A stretch of DNA of 61,563 nucleotides, filler included, from Platydemus manokwari (lineage: Eukaryota), in assembly GCA_037951405.1 (NCBI GenBank). It is 6 parts of 6 records of this genome, joined end to end, with 100 filler letters (N's around TTAATTAATTAA, not from the genome) between each part and the next. Parts side by side here need not be neighbours in the genome. Positions count along the whole stretch, not along the records: positions 10,627 to 20,087 come from JBBMOY011246652.1; positions 20,188 to 31,194 come from JBBMOY010889978.1; 4 more parts are not named here. One strand, written 5' to 3'. This document shows, piece after piece, positions 12,221-23,690 of this stretch (within the stretch, counting starts at the first letter, position 1; every line of letters begins with the position of its first letter). The notes below the pieces were generated by a model, which ran no database searches, had not been told where the DNA came from, and was given only the letters and a program-made list of their open reading frames with translations. The position numbers and the translations under genes are program-made.

Positions 12221-13457
12221 TTGGGCTGGCGCATGGATTCGTGCTGTTTTTTACAATTATGAAAAATGCCTACTGATCAAGAATAAAAACCATGCAACAA
12301 ATTCCAAATAACAAAATCAATTTATAAAATTATTAGTAAAAACAAATATCTCAATCTCAATAGACGAGATATTCTCCCTCACAATCGATCATTTCCTTCC
12401 ATTCTTCTGGAAGTTTGTCAATCTTCGTTTTCAAATGTGAAACCAGAAAGTTGACACGCTTGGAGCGGAAAAGATGAAAATCTACTGGAGCTAAGTCGGG
12501 CGAATATAGAGGATGGGGAAGAACTTCCCAGACAAACTCTTCAATAGAGAACTTTGTCATTGTAGCGACTTGAGGCCGAGCATTATCATTATGTAAAACT
12601 ATCTTCTTCTTATTGGTCCTCTTCGCATTGATTGAAGTGTTTAGTGGCTTGAGTTGTTTACAATAAAGTTCAGCATTGATTGTTTGTTTATTGGTAAGAT
12701 TTCGTAATGAATAACACCAATTTGGTCCCACCAAACATACAACAAGATTCGAACGTGGCTGTGGTTGCCTTTCTGGATTTACCCAAGCTTTTGAGTATCA
12801 AATTTACATACAAGCATCATTTTTTATTGCCCGTTACTATCCTGGAAAGGAAATATTGGTGATCTGCTCAGCAGACTGATGACCAACGAATAAAATGAAT
12901 CAATCGAAACACATTGATTTTCGTGACTTTCTTTTAGAAGATGAGGTACCAATGATCCTAGCTTTTGATTTTTTCCCATATTCATGTGATGTCGAAAAAT
13001 AGTGGTGTGATCACAATCCATTGCTTGTCCAAGTACTCGTGTCGATTGACGCGGATCATCATGAACCAATTGGTTCAAACAGCCTTCAGCAAAATAAATA
13101 GGTCGGCCTGACCGAGGTGCATCACTTAAATCAAAGTTTCCACTGTTAAATTTGGAAAACCAATTTATGAGCTGTTTGTTCACTGACTGCCTTTTCTCCA
13201 TAAACGCAACAAATCATTCTGGTTGCTTCTGTAGCATTTAAATGTTGATTAAAATAGAAAAGGAGTAGATGCCGGAAATGTTTATTTTTATCTACCTGAC
13301 ACTCCATTTTAATGAGGGTAATGAAAGCGAAAATTAGACTAAAATGATTTAAATAGATAATTCAGCTGAATGTCTATAACTCAAATCAGTTAAAACAAGA
13401 AGTTGGTGTGTTTTCTGTGCAACAAATAAAATCGCACGATTTCATGCACCAACCCAA
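12221..13457 (-). mobile_element. Full-length inactive mariner (DD34D) transposon, about 1237 bp
   Basis: TIRs TTGGGCTGGCGCATGGATTCGTGC and GCACGATTTCATGCACCAACCCAA, with TA on both sides (12219-20, 13458-59). Transposase from ATG 13307 (MECQVDKNKHFRHLLLFYFN) through WFSKF...PRSGRP, LVPHLL, HNDNARP and YSPDLAPVDFHLFRS to 12357, broken by frameshifts. Confidence 0.95.
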
Positions 13458-15996
13458 TAATGAAAATTTTCATCAGAATAAATAAATTTATCGAAATTAT
13501 TAGCATTTCAAAGAATAATTTTCCAATTTAAAATAACAAGAAGTGAAACTAATCAAAGAGGACTTAAAATGAAGATTCTAATTGGAAAATGGAAATAACT
13601 ATACCGTTACACATAAATAAGAATTAACCAATCCCGGTCACAGAAAATCAATAGATCCAATTGAAACTTGATAAATAAAATATCAAATCAAAACGTGATA
13701 CTGATAAAATAGTTGTAGCTAATAATGATTATCGATTTTGATGTATCATGAGCGAAATTGAACCCACAACTACATTTAAACACATCAAAAATCGTAAAAT
13801 TTGTAACGAAAAATTTTAAATACTGCAGCAATTTATTTCATATCAGATCAGAAAAATTATTTTCATTATAAGAACACAATATAATCGATATTTTAATAAT
13901 CACCTGTCGATATCAGAAGGTGTTGTAATAATGTTGGTTTGATATGAGAATGAATTGATCATTTCGAAGGCACACTGTTAGAAGATTTCAATTAGCTAAT
14001 CAGATGTTTCTCATCTAGAATAGAAATGATAGAAAACGGTATTTTGTTTCCTTGATAACCGTTGACGAAACCATGTGGTTGATGATTGGTTTGTGGTCTC
14101 AGTTCTTATGGTTTGAAAAGTTTTTCACAAGAAAATTGAAAATAATTAATCGATTCAAACAAAAATTAGCTAATAATTAAAATTCAATAACCTCATTTAT
14201 TAATTTATTGATGACAGTGGAACCCTTTACAAACACTTAGTTAGTCTCGAAACCCAATGAGTAAGGAAATACGGAAAATATCTAGTTCCTGTTTTGCACT
14301 TGTGTCCCACTGGAAACGAGTAGACCACAAGGGATTCACTGTTCTCATAGTCCTCTTACATTTGAGATGCAAAAATAAACAAAAAATAAAAAATAAAAAA
14401 CCGTATGAAAATATTTCTGTTTATTGCGACCTTGTCATTTGAGATGTAGCCGTTAAATTTATCATCAAATTATTTTTCATTTAAATCCAACTCCAACAAT
14501 AACAAAATTAATGAAATATTGACGAAAGCACACACATATATTATCTGATAAATATCTATTACAGCCATCTACGATTAATAATTCGTCAGTCAATGTCTGA
14601 GACGAAAATTTCCAACAGCTACGATAGAAGTTCAAGAAAAAATAATTTAAAAATAAGATCAGAATATAAATTATTAAAAATATTATTTCGAGTAAAAAGA
14701 ACTGAAAATAAAGTGCAAATCGAAGAGATGTAACGAAAACAATTAATGGTAAAGAAAGAATCATATAAACTGATAATGATATTAATCTTGTTGTTGTCAT
14801 TACCGATTGTGTCAATCATATTGATCTTATCATTTTTTCTATCATACCGTTGAAACTTGGCCATTTTTACTCCAACTCAATTATCGTTAGATTATATATG
14901 AATGAAAATATGAAAAGATATTAATATGTGATTATCAATCATCAAATGAAAGTGTGAGTGTACATAGTGATTTTATTTCAATATTTTTGACAAATATTAT
15001 CAGAAAATAATAACAATCGACATTAGAATTACTTACACATGATAATCGATGATGTCAAATGGTAATAATGAATTATATATGTATATGATGATGGTCTATC
15101 AATGAATATATTTCAAGATTGTATCTCAATTGACCAATTAGCGCAATCCGATATCATTTCAGATTAAATTCTGTAACAGAATAATCATAATTAATTAAAT
15201 GAAACCAAAACTATCGCTCTGTTTTGTCATAGAAAATAAATATCCAATTACAAAGGATCCGAATAATACATTTCAAAAGGTGAAATAATATTTATTTATT
15301 AGACATTGTTTTTTAAATAATTTAGTCAATAATTCTGATCTCAGTGCCATCATGATATCTAAAATATCATTTATCGACCATAGAACCAATCAATATCTTT
15401 TCAAAGCGATATCACAACATCTATTCTCTCACTGACACTAAACGCCATTACCATGTCAACACGTGTATGTGTGTGTCAATCTAAATAGACAAATCGAATG
15501 TATAATCAAGAAATGATCGAAATAAACCAATATCAGTCATTGCAATTCCAATAAATCAATATTCGACCAAATGAAGTGATATATATATCTTTAACAAATC
15601 GATATTTCGTTTTGAAATAACAGCAAAAATATTGATTAAATGAAAAATAATTAGAAATAAAAAATCGATAATTCAAGTCTCAAATGCGACAGTGGGCATT
15701 CATAAAACACAGAAAAATGAAATCCAAAAATCTAGAATCTCTGTAATTCCACAACGATTCCAACGTTAATAAAACCACCATGGCAACAGCAACAAATGAA
15801 AACCAACAACACAATATCTGATGCCATGTTGCCCTTGCCAACAACAACAACAACAAATCAATCAATCAGTTCTACAGATCGATAAAAATTATCATAAATC
15901 AATACAAAAAAAACAACAAGATCAATATATAAAATCGTCACCATCAAAATATTATCATTATTATTATTATTATTATCATTATTAATAATATTATTA

Positions 15997-16428
15997 TCAA
16001 GCCGAATTGTGATAAAACTGGAAATTAACCAAGCGGTTCAAGTGAAAATATCGAATCAAAAACGATTGCTCAAATATTTCTTCTGGCTGTTGTTGATTGG
16101 AGGAGTAGGACGACGAGGACGACGAGGCGGACGTGGCGGAGGAGGAGGAGGAGAAAAATGGGCGAGTAATTGCCGGTAGAAACGATGGCGGCAGTGGCAT
16201 TGTTGGGTTGTGATGAGGCATTGAAATCGATAATAATATCAATATGTACACCAATGAAATAAGAGCGATAATCAAGAAACTCAAAACAGCCAACAAATAG
16301 TAGCGCCAGTGGGCCCACAGCCACACGAGCACAGTTGTGAGTGGTCTGCAAGGCATAATAATCGAGGAGGTAGTCAAAATGATGATCATATGCCATCCCC
16401 ACCTGATATTAGACCACCTTCTACACCG
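15997..16428 (-). other. In-frame open extension after the PDCD10 UGA (candidate readthrough extension, or 3'UTR ORF)
   Basis: 13 sense codons (16428-16390) join the stop to the 130-aa ORF 15997-16389 in the same frame. Stop context is UGA-CGG. Confidence 0.4.
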
Positions 16429-18645
16429 TCAAGCGGCATCGCGCACAACCAATAGAATCATGTTGGTCTGATTGACAAGCAGATTAGCACTAGCGTAGAC
16501 CTCGGACGGCCTGGAAAAACATGAGATGAAAAATATTGATTATTTAAACGCTCTCCGATCGATCAGGCGATATTGTGGAGCACTTGCTTACTTGTTGTCT
16601 CTGAAAAATGCTTTCAACGTGTTACTGAACCGTTTGGAATATTTGACAAAGTCTCGCTTGGCTTGTTCCAAACTTGTTTTGTGATTGTCTGTGGGCAAAT
16701 GAGTGATCACTTCTGACACACAATCCAACAAGTTTTTGATGGCGCCAGCGATTTCTCTGAAGGGTATATCAAATAAAAATCATTGTTTTTCATAGACTGG
16801 TAAATAGTGATTATAATATTTGTCACATGTTTCCATAGCAACCGCTACAAAAATCACAATTGTTATTACAATCCGATCTAATAATGCAACGAGAATTTAC
16901 ATCGATACAACGAAATATATATAAAAATCAATTGGAATAATGTCTGTGTTGCCAATAGCAACATCAGATAAAATTGGCCCAATTAAATAAAACAAGGCGG
17001 AAAACAATCTCGATATAAGCTACAACAACAATGTTCTTCTCGATAATTGATCTGAGATAAAAATCTATAATTAGCTTCACCGGTTGCTAATAGTTACGCG
17101 TGCTAGACGAAAATTGCGATTGAAGATGAAAATAAATAAGTGGCAAATATTGATTATTGAAACACTGATTAGATAATCGAAAATATTGAAATAATTCCAT
17201 TACAAGACCCCGTGGCAATCGAAATCACATCAGACATGCAGTGTTCAATCGAAAACTCAATCAATAATTCTTGATCGACACAATTGATTGAGAGAAGCAC
17301 TCAACCGTGATGACTTCACACAAATCACTGAGAGGTCAACAATGCAGCAAATCGCAACAAGTACACACCTACACATTTTCACCACAAAACATTGACAATC
17401 ATCGATATGTAATTAGCGTAACCGTTACTGAGAAATCGATTTTCCACACAATCACACACACACTCACAAACACACAAAACAGTGGGCAGACACACACTCG
17501 TTTACAGCCATCGCTACTGGGCAATTTATAACGCACACACCCTCCACACAAATAATCAACCAATATCGCATAACAAATCAATATCCGAAATTACTTAATC
17601 GTTTCGAGGAAACTGCGCCTGTCGCCAATTTCATCCGGAATTCGACTGAGAATCTCTTTCAGTGTATGCGCCTTGCTTTCCAATAAATTGTAGGTCTGCC
17701 TCCTCATATTCCTGACGACACCTGTTATGGGAAGTCGTGTAAAATAGTGACAGATATTGGAGATAAATATATGAGTAGATCGATATCAAATGAGCTCGAA
17801 CAGAGATGTTTGTGACGGACAGAAGTAGCAAGGATTGTAAGGCCACAAATTGTATGCAAAGGGGTGAAATGGCCAGGCCCACTTGAACCACCTTCGGTCC
17901 ACAGACCAATGACTACTGCAGGTATTCGATCAGGAGTGTTTGGTGGTTCCGATTGAACACCAGTGGCGTTGGTAAGGAGAATCATCAAACAAGGAAATGT
18001 TTCGTGATTTAAAAAGAAAAAGAGCATTATGACGTCACCATATCTAAAAGTGCTTCCATTGAATTTATAATTGATTCTGAAACGATGCCAAGATGGATTT
18101 TTGTTGCTTTTCAACAAGTTTAGATTCACCATTTTATAGCACAAAAATAACATTTTTATTCAATTAAACTTATAATTATAATTTTTTATTGCAATTAAAT
18201 TCATTTTAATGAAATAAATGACCAAAAAACAACGAAACCTGTTTCAGCCATTGATGCCATACGTAGAAACGTTTCCGACATATCAACCTCATTTTCCAAA
18301 CCCAGCTTCGTTAGAACACCAATTAAAAAATTTTGAGAAAACCCAGGATATTGTTGTTCAACCTAAATGGTAAAATCATTGAATTTAAGCATGGGCTAGT
18401 AAATGACAAGCGTTATTTAGATAAATTGCATTTGGGTTTAAAAGCAATGAAAAATGCTAAACCTTAGCGAATGATTGCTTTAATGTGTGAGTGTGGCTGA
18501 GACTTTTTTGCTCCAACTAAAATAGTGTTGAAAACATTTATATAAATCCTTGATAAATAGCAAATACTTTTTCAAAAACTGGTTCAAAAATCATTGGAGT
18601 TGCTAATTTGTGGAAAACATTATTATCCCCGTTTGAATTACTCAT
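16429..18645 (-). CDS. PDCD10: Programmed cell death protein 10 / CCM3, 209 aa, 6 exons
   Basis: Exons 18645-18568, 18516-18463, 18362-18239, 17721-17595, 16756-16592 and 16510-16429, all GT-AG and phase-consistent (630 nt). Protein includes [87 protein letters not shown] and VYASANLLVNQTN, collinear with known PDCD10. Confidence 0.96.
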
Positions 18646-20087
18646 GATCTCTAAAATACAATAGTCTTATTTTGATTTTTACAAAATTAATAATTTTAAA
18701 AAAGATCAATTCATATTTTACATTTTAGCGGCTAAAGTAATTTAAAAGTCTTCCTATTTACAATGTTTGTTTTAAACAAAATTATATTTTGTGAAATACA
18801 AACTTGTGTTATTATTTTTGTATATAATCATATATTAGTAGTCTTTAATATTTCAGTATAGATTCTATTTTGTTAATTATAAATAAAGTAAAGATCAGAA
18901 TTTGAATATTAAAATCAAAAAAATAAAGCATGAAAATTTTTGGTATAAATTAAAAGTAAACTAATCTAAATACTTTAAAATTTTATTAATTCCATAAAAT
19001 GTGTACATTTAATATTTTAAATTATTGTTATTTTCATAGACACTATTTAAATAAAAAAAATTATTATACGTTTATGTCAGACAAAATTAAACATGACAAA
19101 CACAAAAAAATCAACCTAGAATTTTTTAATAGCTGAATTTCTACCAAACCTCAACATGAGAACGCCTTATGTAAAAGGAATTATAAAGCATTAAAGTTTT
19201 CAAAATTCTAGAAAAGATCATAGATGAGACAAATACATGCGTGATAGAAGAAAAAGTGATTAAATAAGTTGTGAAAAGTAGCCAGATTATGTATAAAACA
19301 ATAACAATGTTGATTCTAGTGACGCTTTTGACATCCATGATTGTTTGAGAAAATAAGTTAAGTCTTCAGTAAAATGATTAAACACAGACCAATAACTAAT
19401 CATTGGTCGTGCTGACAAAACAAAATTTCCATTTTAAACTTGGTAAATCAATCACAAGTAGTTCTTTCAGCCGCAGCACCTTTTCCACAAACAGCACAGA
19501 AATCGTGAGAACTTTTGTTAAAAGCAAAACAAAGGGGTCTTCAAAAATTCTCATTTTTCACAACTTGACATTACGTTTTAGTTATTTAAAAATTAATGGA
19601 AATTGACTCAAACATAAAAACCAAACATTGATTCCAGTAGAACATTCTATTTCTAAAGATTTGAAACATTTTACCGAAAATAGTTTATGGTATGCATAAT
19701 ATTAAAATTAAAAAAACTTATCGCGACAAAGTTTCCAACCTTGTATATTTAATATTATTATGATAACAATATTAAAAACAAATTAATAATAACATTAATT
19801 TATTATAAATGGATGAAAAACAATTATAATGATGCTAAAGGTCGAAAACATGAAGTTAGATTCTGTAAATAGTGTTACTTATGAGGAATGTAAGCACCTG
19901 AACGACATAAGCCGCTACTGGTTTATAAAGAACTCATTGAAAAAGAACTGAAAGTCACGGAACAAAATTATACTAACTAAAATTAATATTTAGCCTATAT
20001 GTTGGGGTTCTGGCCCAACTATTTACTTAAAACAATTAATTTACATTGAAAAATATTTGTATAACATTTGCATGCCAGTACGTATAA

Positions 20088-20187
20088 NNNNNNNNNNNNN
20101 NNNNNNNNNNNNNNNNNNNNNNNNNNNNNNNTTAATTAATTAANNNNNNNNNNNNNNNNNNNNNNNNNNNNNNNNNNNNNNNNNNNN
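20088..20187. other. Assembly gap with linker
   Basis: N-run with TTAATTAATTAA. Confidence 0.98.
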
Positions 20188-20973
20188 AATCGGCATGTGT
20201 TAAAATATTTAAAGATGGAATATTTGTTTAAATAATATTTAATACGAAATATATTTTTACACATAGCGAATTATGAGTTTTGATTTTAACCTTAAAAGCG
20301 AAGAAGTCTTAGCAGCTAATAATTATTATAAACGATAATAATATCATTTATAAAAATAAATAGTAATGTTATGAAAAATGAAAATAAAAACATGATTCAA
20401 CAAATAGTATTTAATAAACAATAGTTAAAAGCAGATATCAGTCCTCAGATAAAATGAGAAATAAATGTGAGATATTGGCGAGAAAACATCATTGTCACAG
20501 ATAATTTTAAAATCTACAACCATGAGATACAATAGCGTAGTGATTTTACTCAAAGACGTTATCAGAACAATAATTTATTAAAAAGAAAATTCTTAATTCT
20601 AAAATCGGAGAAAATCTAAAGGCAGAGGAGTCATATCAGGGATTCCTCTCTAGTAACATTTTATTTTTAGTTGATACTCCAATCAATGAGTCCACCATCT
20701 CTTCAATCTAAGACAAATTTTCGTTTATCTTCTTTTTGCTATAGGTTTCATAAATTATGTTACAAGATATATTAAAATATAAATTTGGTTCATTTTTCTA
20801 GGATTGATTTTGACCTGCTTGGGTCTAGAATCTTTCGATTCGTGACGTCGTCGGCTCAGTAAAGGCTTGGTCTGTTACAATGTTGCTTTCTCCTTTCACT
20901 TATCTTGGCTCTTCTTGAGTAGAAATAGTTGAATTTATTTACAGATTAGAATCTAATCTGTAAAACAATTAAA

Positions 20974-21948
20974 CAGTGGTTTTCAACCTTTTAGGTGCAG
21001 AGGAACCCTACGGAAACATTTCTCTGTCTCGACGAACTCCTGTGGCAATAATTTAATTGTTTTTACAGAAAACATCATTTATTTTTAAAAATGAAATAAA
21101 AGTATTTATGTTTAGAGTATTGCACATGTTTGTTAATGAAATAAAAACAAAATTGTACATGTTTGAATGGACTAAATTTATTCTTATCAAAAACTCAGTG
21201 GGAAATTTGAGATTGGTGTTTCTTGCATAAATTTTTAAGATTTGGTCTTGTTTTTGACAGACACACGACGTTCGTCTTCTACAGACAGTAATTGTGATTG
21301 TTTCTTGTGTTAAAAATTACACAAGATGTCGTAGCGCTTTCTAGGTAATTGCATGATATTTCTTTCCAACCAGCAAATAAAATGCATTCAAGTTAGATTC
21401 AAAATGCTGTAAATGTGAACTGTTCTTTAGATGGGTTTCTAATCCAGAAATACTAGTCAACAGATATAGATTGAAAATACTTGTCAAGATTTGCAAAGTA
21501 TCCAAATGGTTTAAAATCAGTAGCCTAATTTCTTGACAATTTCTTTTAAAAACAATTAGAAACATCCCCAAATTTACTGCAACTGTGTTTCTTCCATATT
21601 ATCAATTTCTTTTGAAAAGTATTTATTTAGTCAGTAGAAAACAAGATATTTTCGTTCTTGCCCTGCATGCTATTTTTCAAGAGGTATAGTTCATGAAAGA
21701 TATCGGCGAGATATACCAATTTCTAACACCAATGACCATTACTCAAACATTCTACGAAGTTTTTCAGGTTTTCTTGCAAACAGAAAGTCAATAACTCTTC
21801 TCTTAATTCGTTAAAACGAGACAATACTTTCCATTTTTCCAACCATCTTATTTAACACGTTGTTTATTTGTTCGTTATTTTAATCTAGATATTTAGAAAA
21901 TGAGGAACCCCTGGAGTGTACTGGTGAAATCCTGGTTGAAAATCATTA
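20974..21948 (-). mobile_element. hAT (Buster/Charlie) internal-deletion derivative, about 975 bp
   Basis: TIRs CAGTGGTTTTCAACC and GGTTGAAAATCATTA, with subterminal GAGGAACCC at both ends. Minus-strand transposase remnant GKVLSRFNELREELL...KLVYLADIFHEL...SMQGKNENI...FQKKLIIWK and C-terminus RPNLKNLCKKHQSQISH*. Confidence 0.88.
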
Positions 21949-21989
21949 AATTAGATGATATATATGTGAAAATGTCTGGTTTCCTATTT

Positions 21990-23690
21990 CGTAAAAATAG
22001 TAATTGAAATGCTGACAGTGGCTAGTAATTCCTTAATGTTGATACAATACCCTTCTCATATTTGCTAATCGCGTTGGATCCGCATGCAATGACTCGTTCA
22101 TTTCCTTGATTAACTCTTTGCGATAATGGTGCTCCTACTATGCCTAGAATGAACTCTTTATTATAATCCGCGAATGACAAGATAGGTGCTTCTGTCAGAG
22201 CTTTTTTGGTCTTCGAAAACAGGCTGCATACTTCATTCCAAATGAGTTTTTCATTATTTTTATCACAAAATTCTTCCAGTACTCTTGAATTCTTCGAGTA
22301 TTCCTTTGTGATATCTACAAATTTCCTAACGTCCTGCATTTCCCATTCTTTTTTATCTTCTTCCAGTATTTCATAGTGTTGATCTATCATTCTTGAAATT
22401 ATTAATATGTCGTCCAAGTATATCATGGTTACTTTTTCTCTCCTATCCCATAGTATTTTTGTTATTAGTTATTGAAATGTTCCTGGTGATACTGCGATTT
22501 CAAACGATATCCGTGAAAAACAGTATTACTCCTCTTTAGTCGAGAATGCAGTTTTTTCTTGTAATTCTTCATCAAGCTCTACCTGATAATATGCCTTTCC
22601 CAGGTGTACCGACGTGAAATACTTCCACCCGTGTAAGATATCTAATAGTTATTCTATATTCGGTATGGGAAATGCTTGTCTCTCCGTTATTAAGTTTAGT
22701 TGTAGAAAAACAAGGCATAATCTTACATCCTTTTTATCTTTTTTTTTAATATTCATAGAAGTGGCGTATTCCACGATGAATTGCAAGTTCTTATAATACT
22801 GTTTTCCCTAAGATTCTTGAATATTTCAATGATCTGTCATGAATTTTGTTTTCCTGAATCTATCTCCATCGGTTATATTCCTACAAATCTTGCGGTTATC
22901 TCAGTGATGAAGGTGCTTCTGTTTCTTTGTGTTGATAGTTCTTCTATGTTCCATTATAACTTTAATTTATATTCTTCTTTAAACTTTATTCGGCTTATAA
23001 TCCTCGGTTTTATGTGCTCTTATTCTACCAACAATCTCTATTTTACTGACGTCGGCACATCGTAAACTTTCACTTGTATATTCGATTTATACTTGTTCTA
23101 GTGTCTCTAATAATCGTATAATCCATGACATTTACTATTTGTCCAGTGTCTAACAAGCATTGAAACTCTTTATCCAATATTTTATAGTTGTGATCGATTT
23201 CCCTCGATCATTAATATTCTTATTTCTTTTTCGCCTCTATGTTCCACTTCTGCATTGTCAATCATCCCTTTCTTTATATATTTCACAACTTTCAATTGTA
23301 TAAATTTTTCCTGATTCTATATAATTGTTGTTACGGGTTACAATTTGTTTTTTGCTTTCTTATCTTTAATGTTCTGGACACTGACTTGCTTGTTTATTTT
23401 AGTTTTTATTTTATTTAAATTGCTTATATTATAAATATCAATATGGCTACTTATAGTCTCGGTATCTTGCTCACACTTAGATTTACTGTATACCCCCGAC
23501 ATACTCTCCGGGTGTCGGCGCGTTCTCTACTCTTACTCGACTACATTTACTTGTCTATTATTTCGGTTCATAATTTTGTAATTTTGTCCGTTGAAATTCT
23601 GTCTGTTTTCATTTATGGAACCTCTTCTGTACTCCATTTGTGATTAATTCTTCTCTGGTTTATTAATGTACCTTACTGGGAGTTGGACCT
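21990..23690 (-). pseudogene. Degenerate Gypsy gag-pol remnant (RT and RNase H recognisable)
   Basis: Minus strand: TERQAFPIPNIE*LLDILHG.KYF...LGKAYYQVEL...KTAFST...SPGTFQ...IYLDDILII (ORF 22022-22426), then LTEAPILSFADYNKEFIL...GAPLSQ...ERVIACGS. Many stops and deletions; boundaries approximate. Confidence 0.85.

Noticed and set aside
15680-15865. Hydrophobic 61-aa ORF
   Set aside because: Driven by TTG repeats in U-rich probable 3'UTR; TTG start; no other support.
16080-16190. Plus-strand RGG-box-like (GRRGRRGGRGGGGG) or acidic (DDEDDEADVAEEEEE) peptide
   Set aside because: Product of GGA/CGA triplet repeats, bounded by nearby stops, with no convincing splice context.
16429-16431. PDCD10 UGA as a selenocysteine codon
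   Set aside because: It falls at the normal PDCD10 C-terminus, aligns to no conserved Cys, and I could not identify a SECIS.
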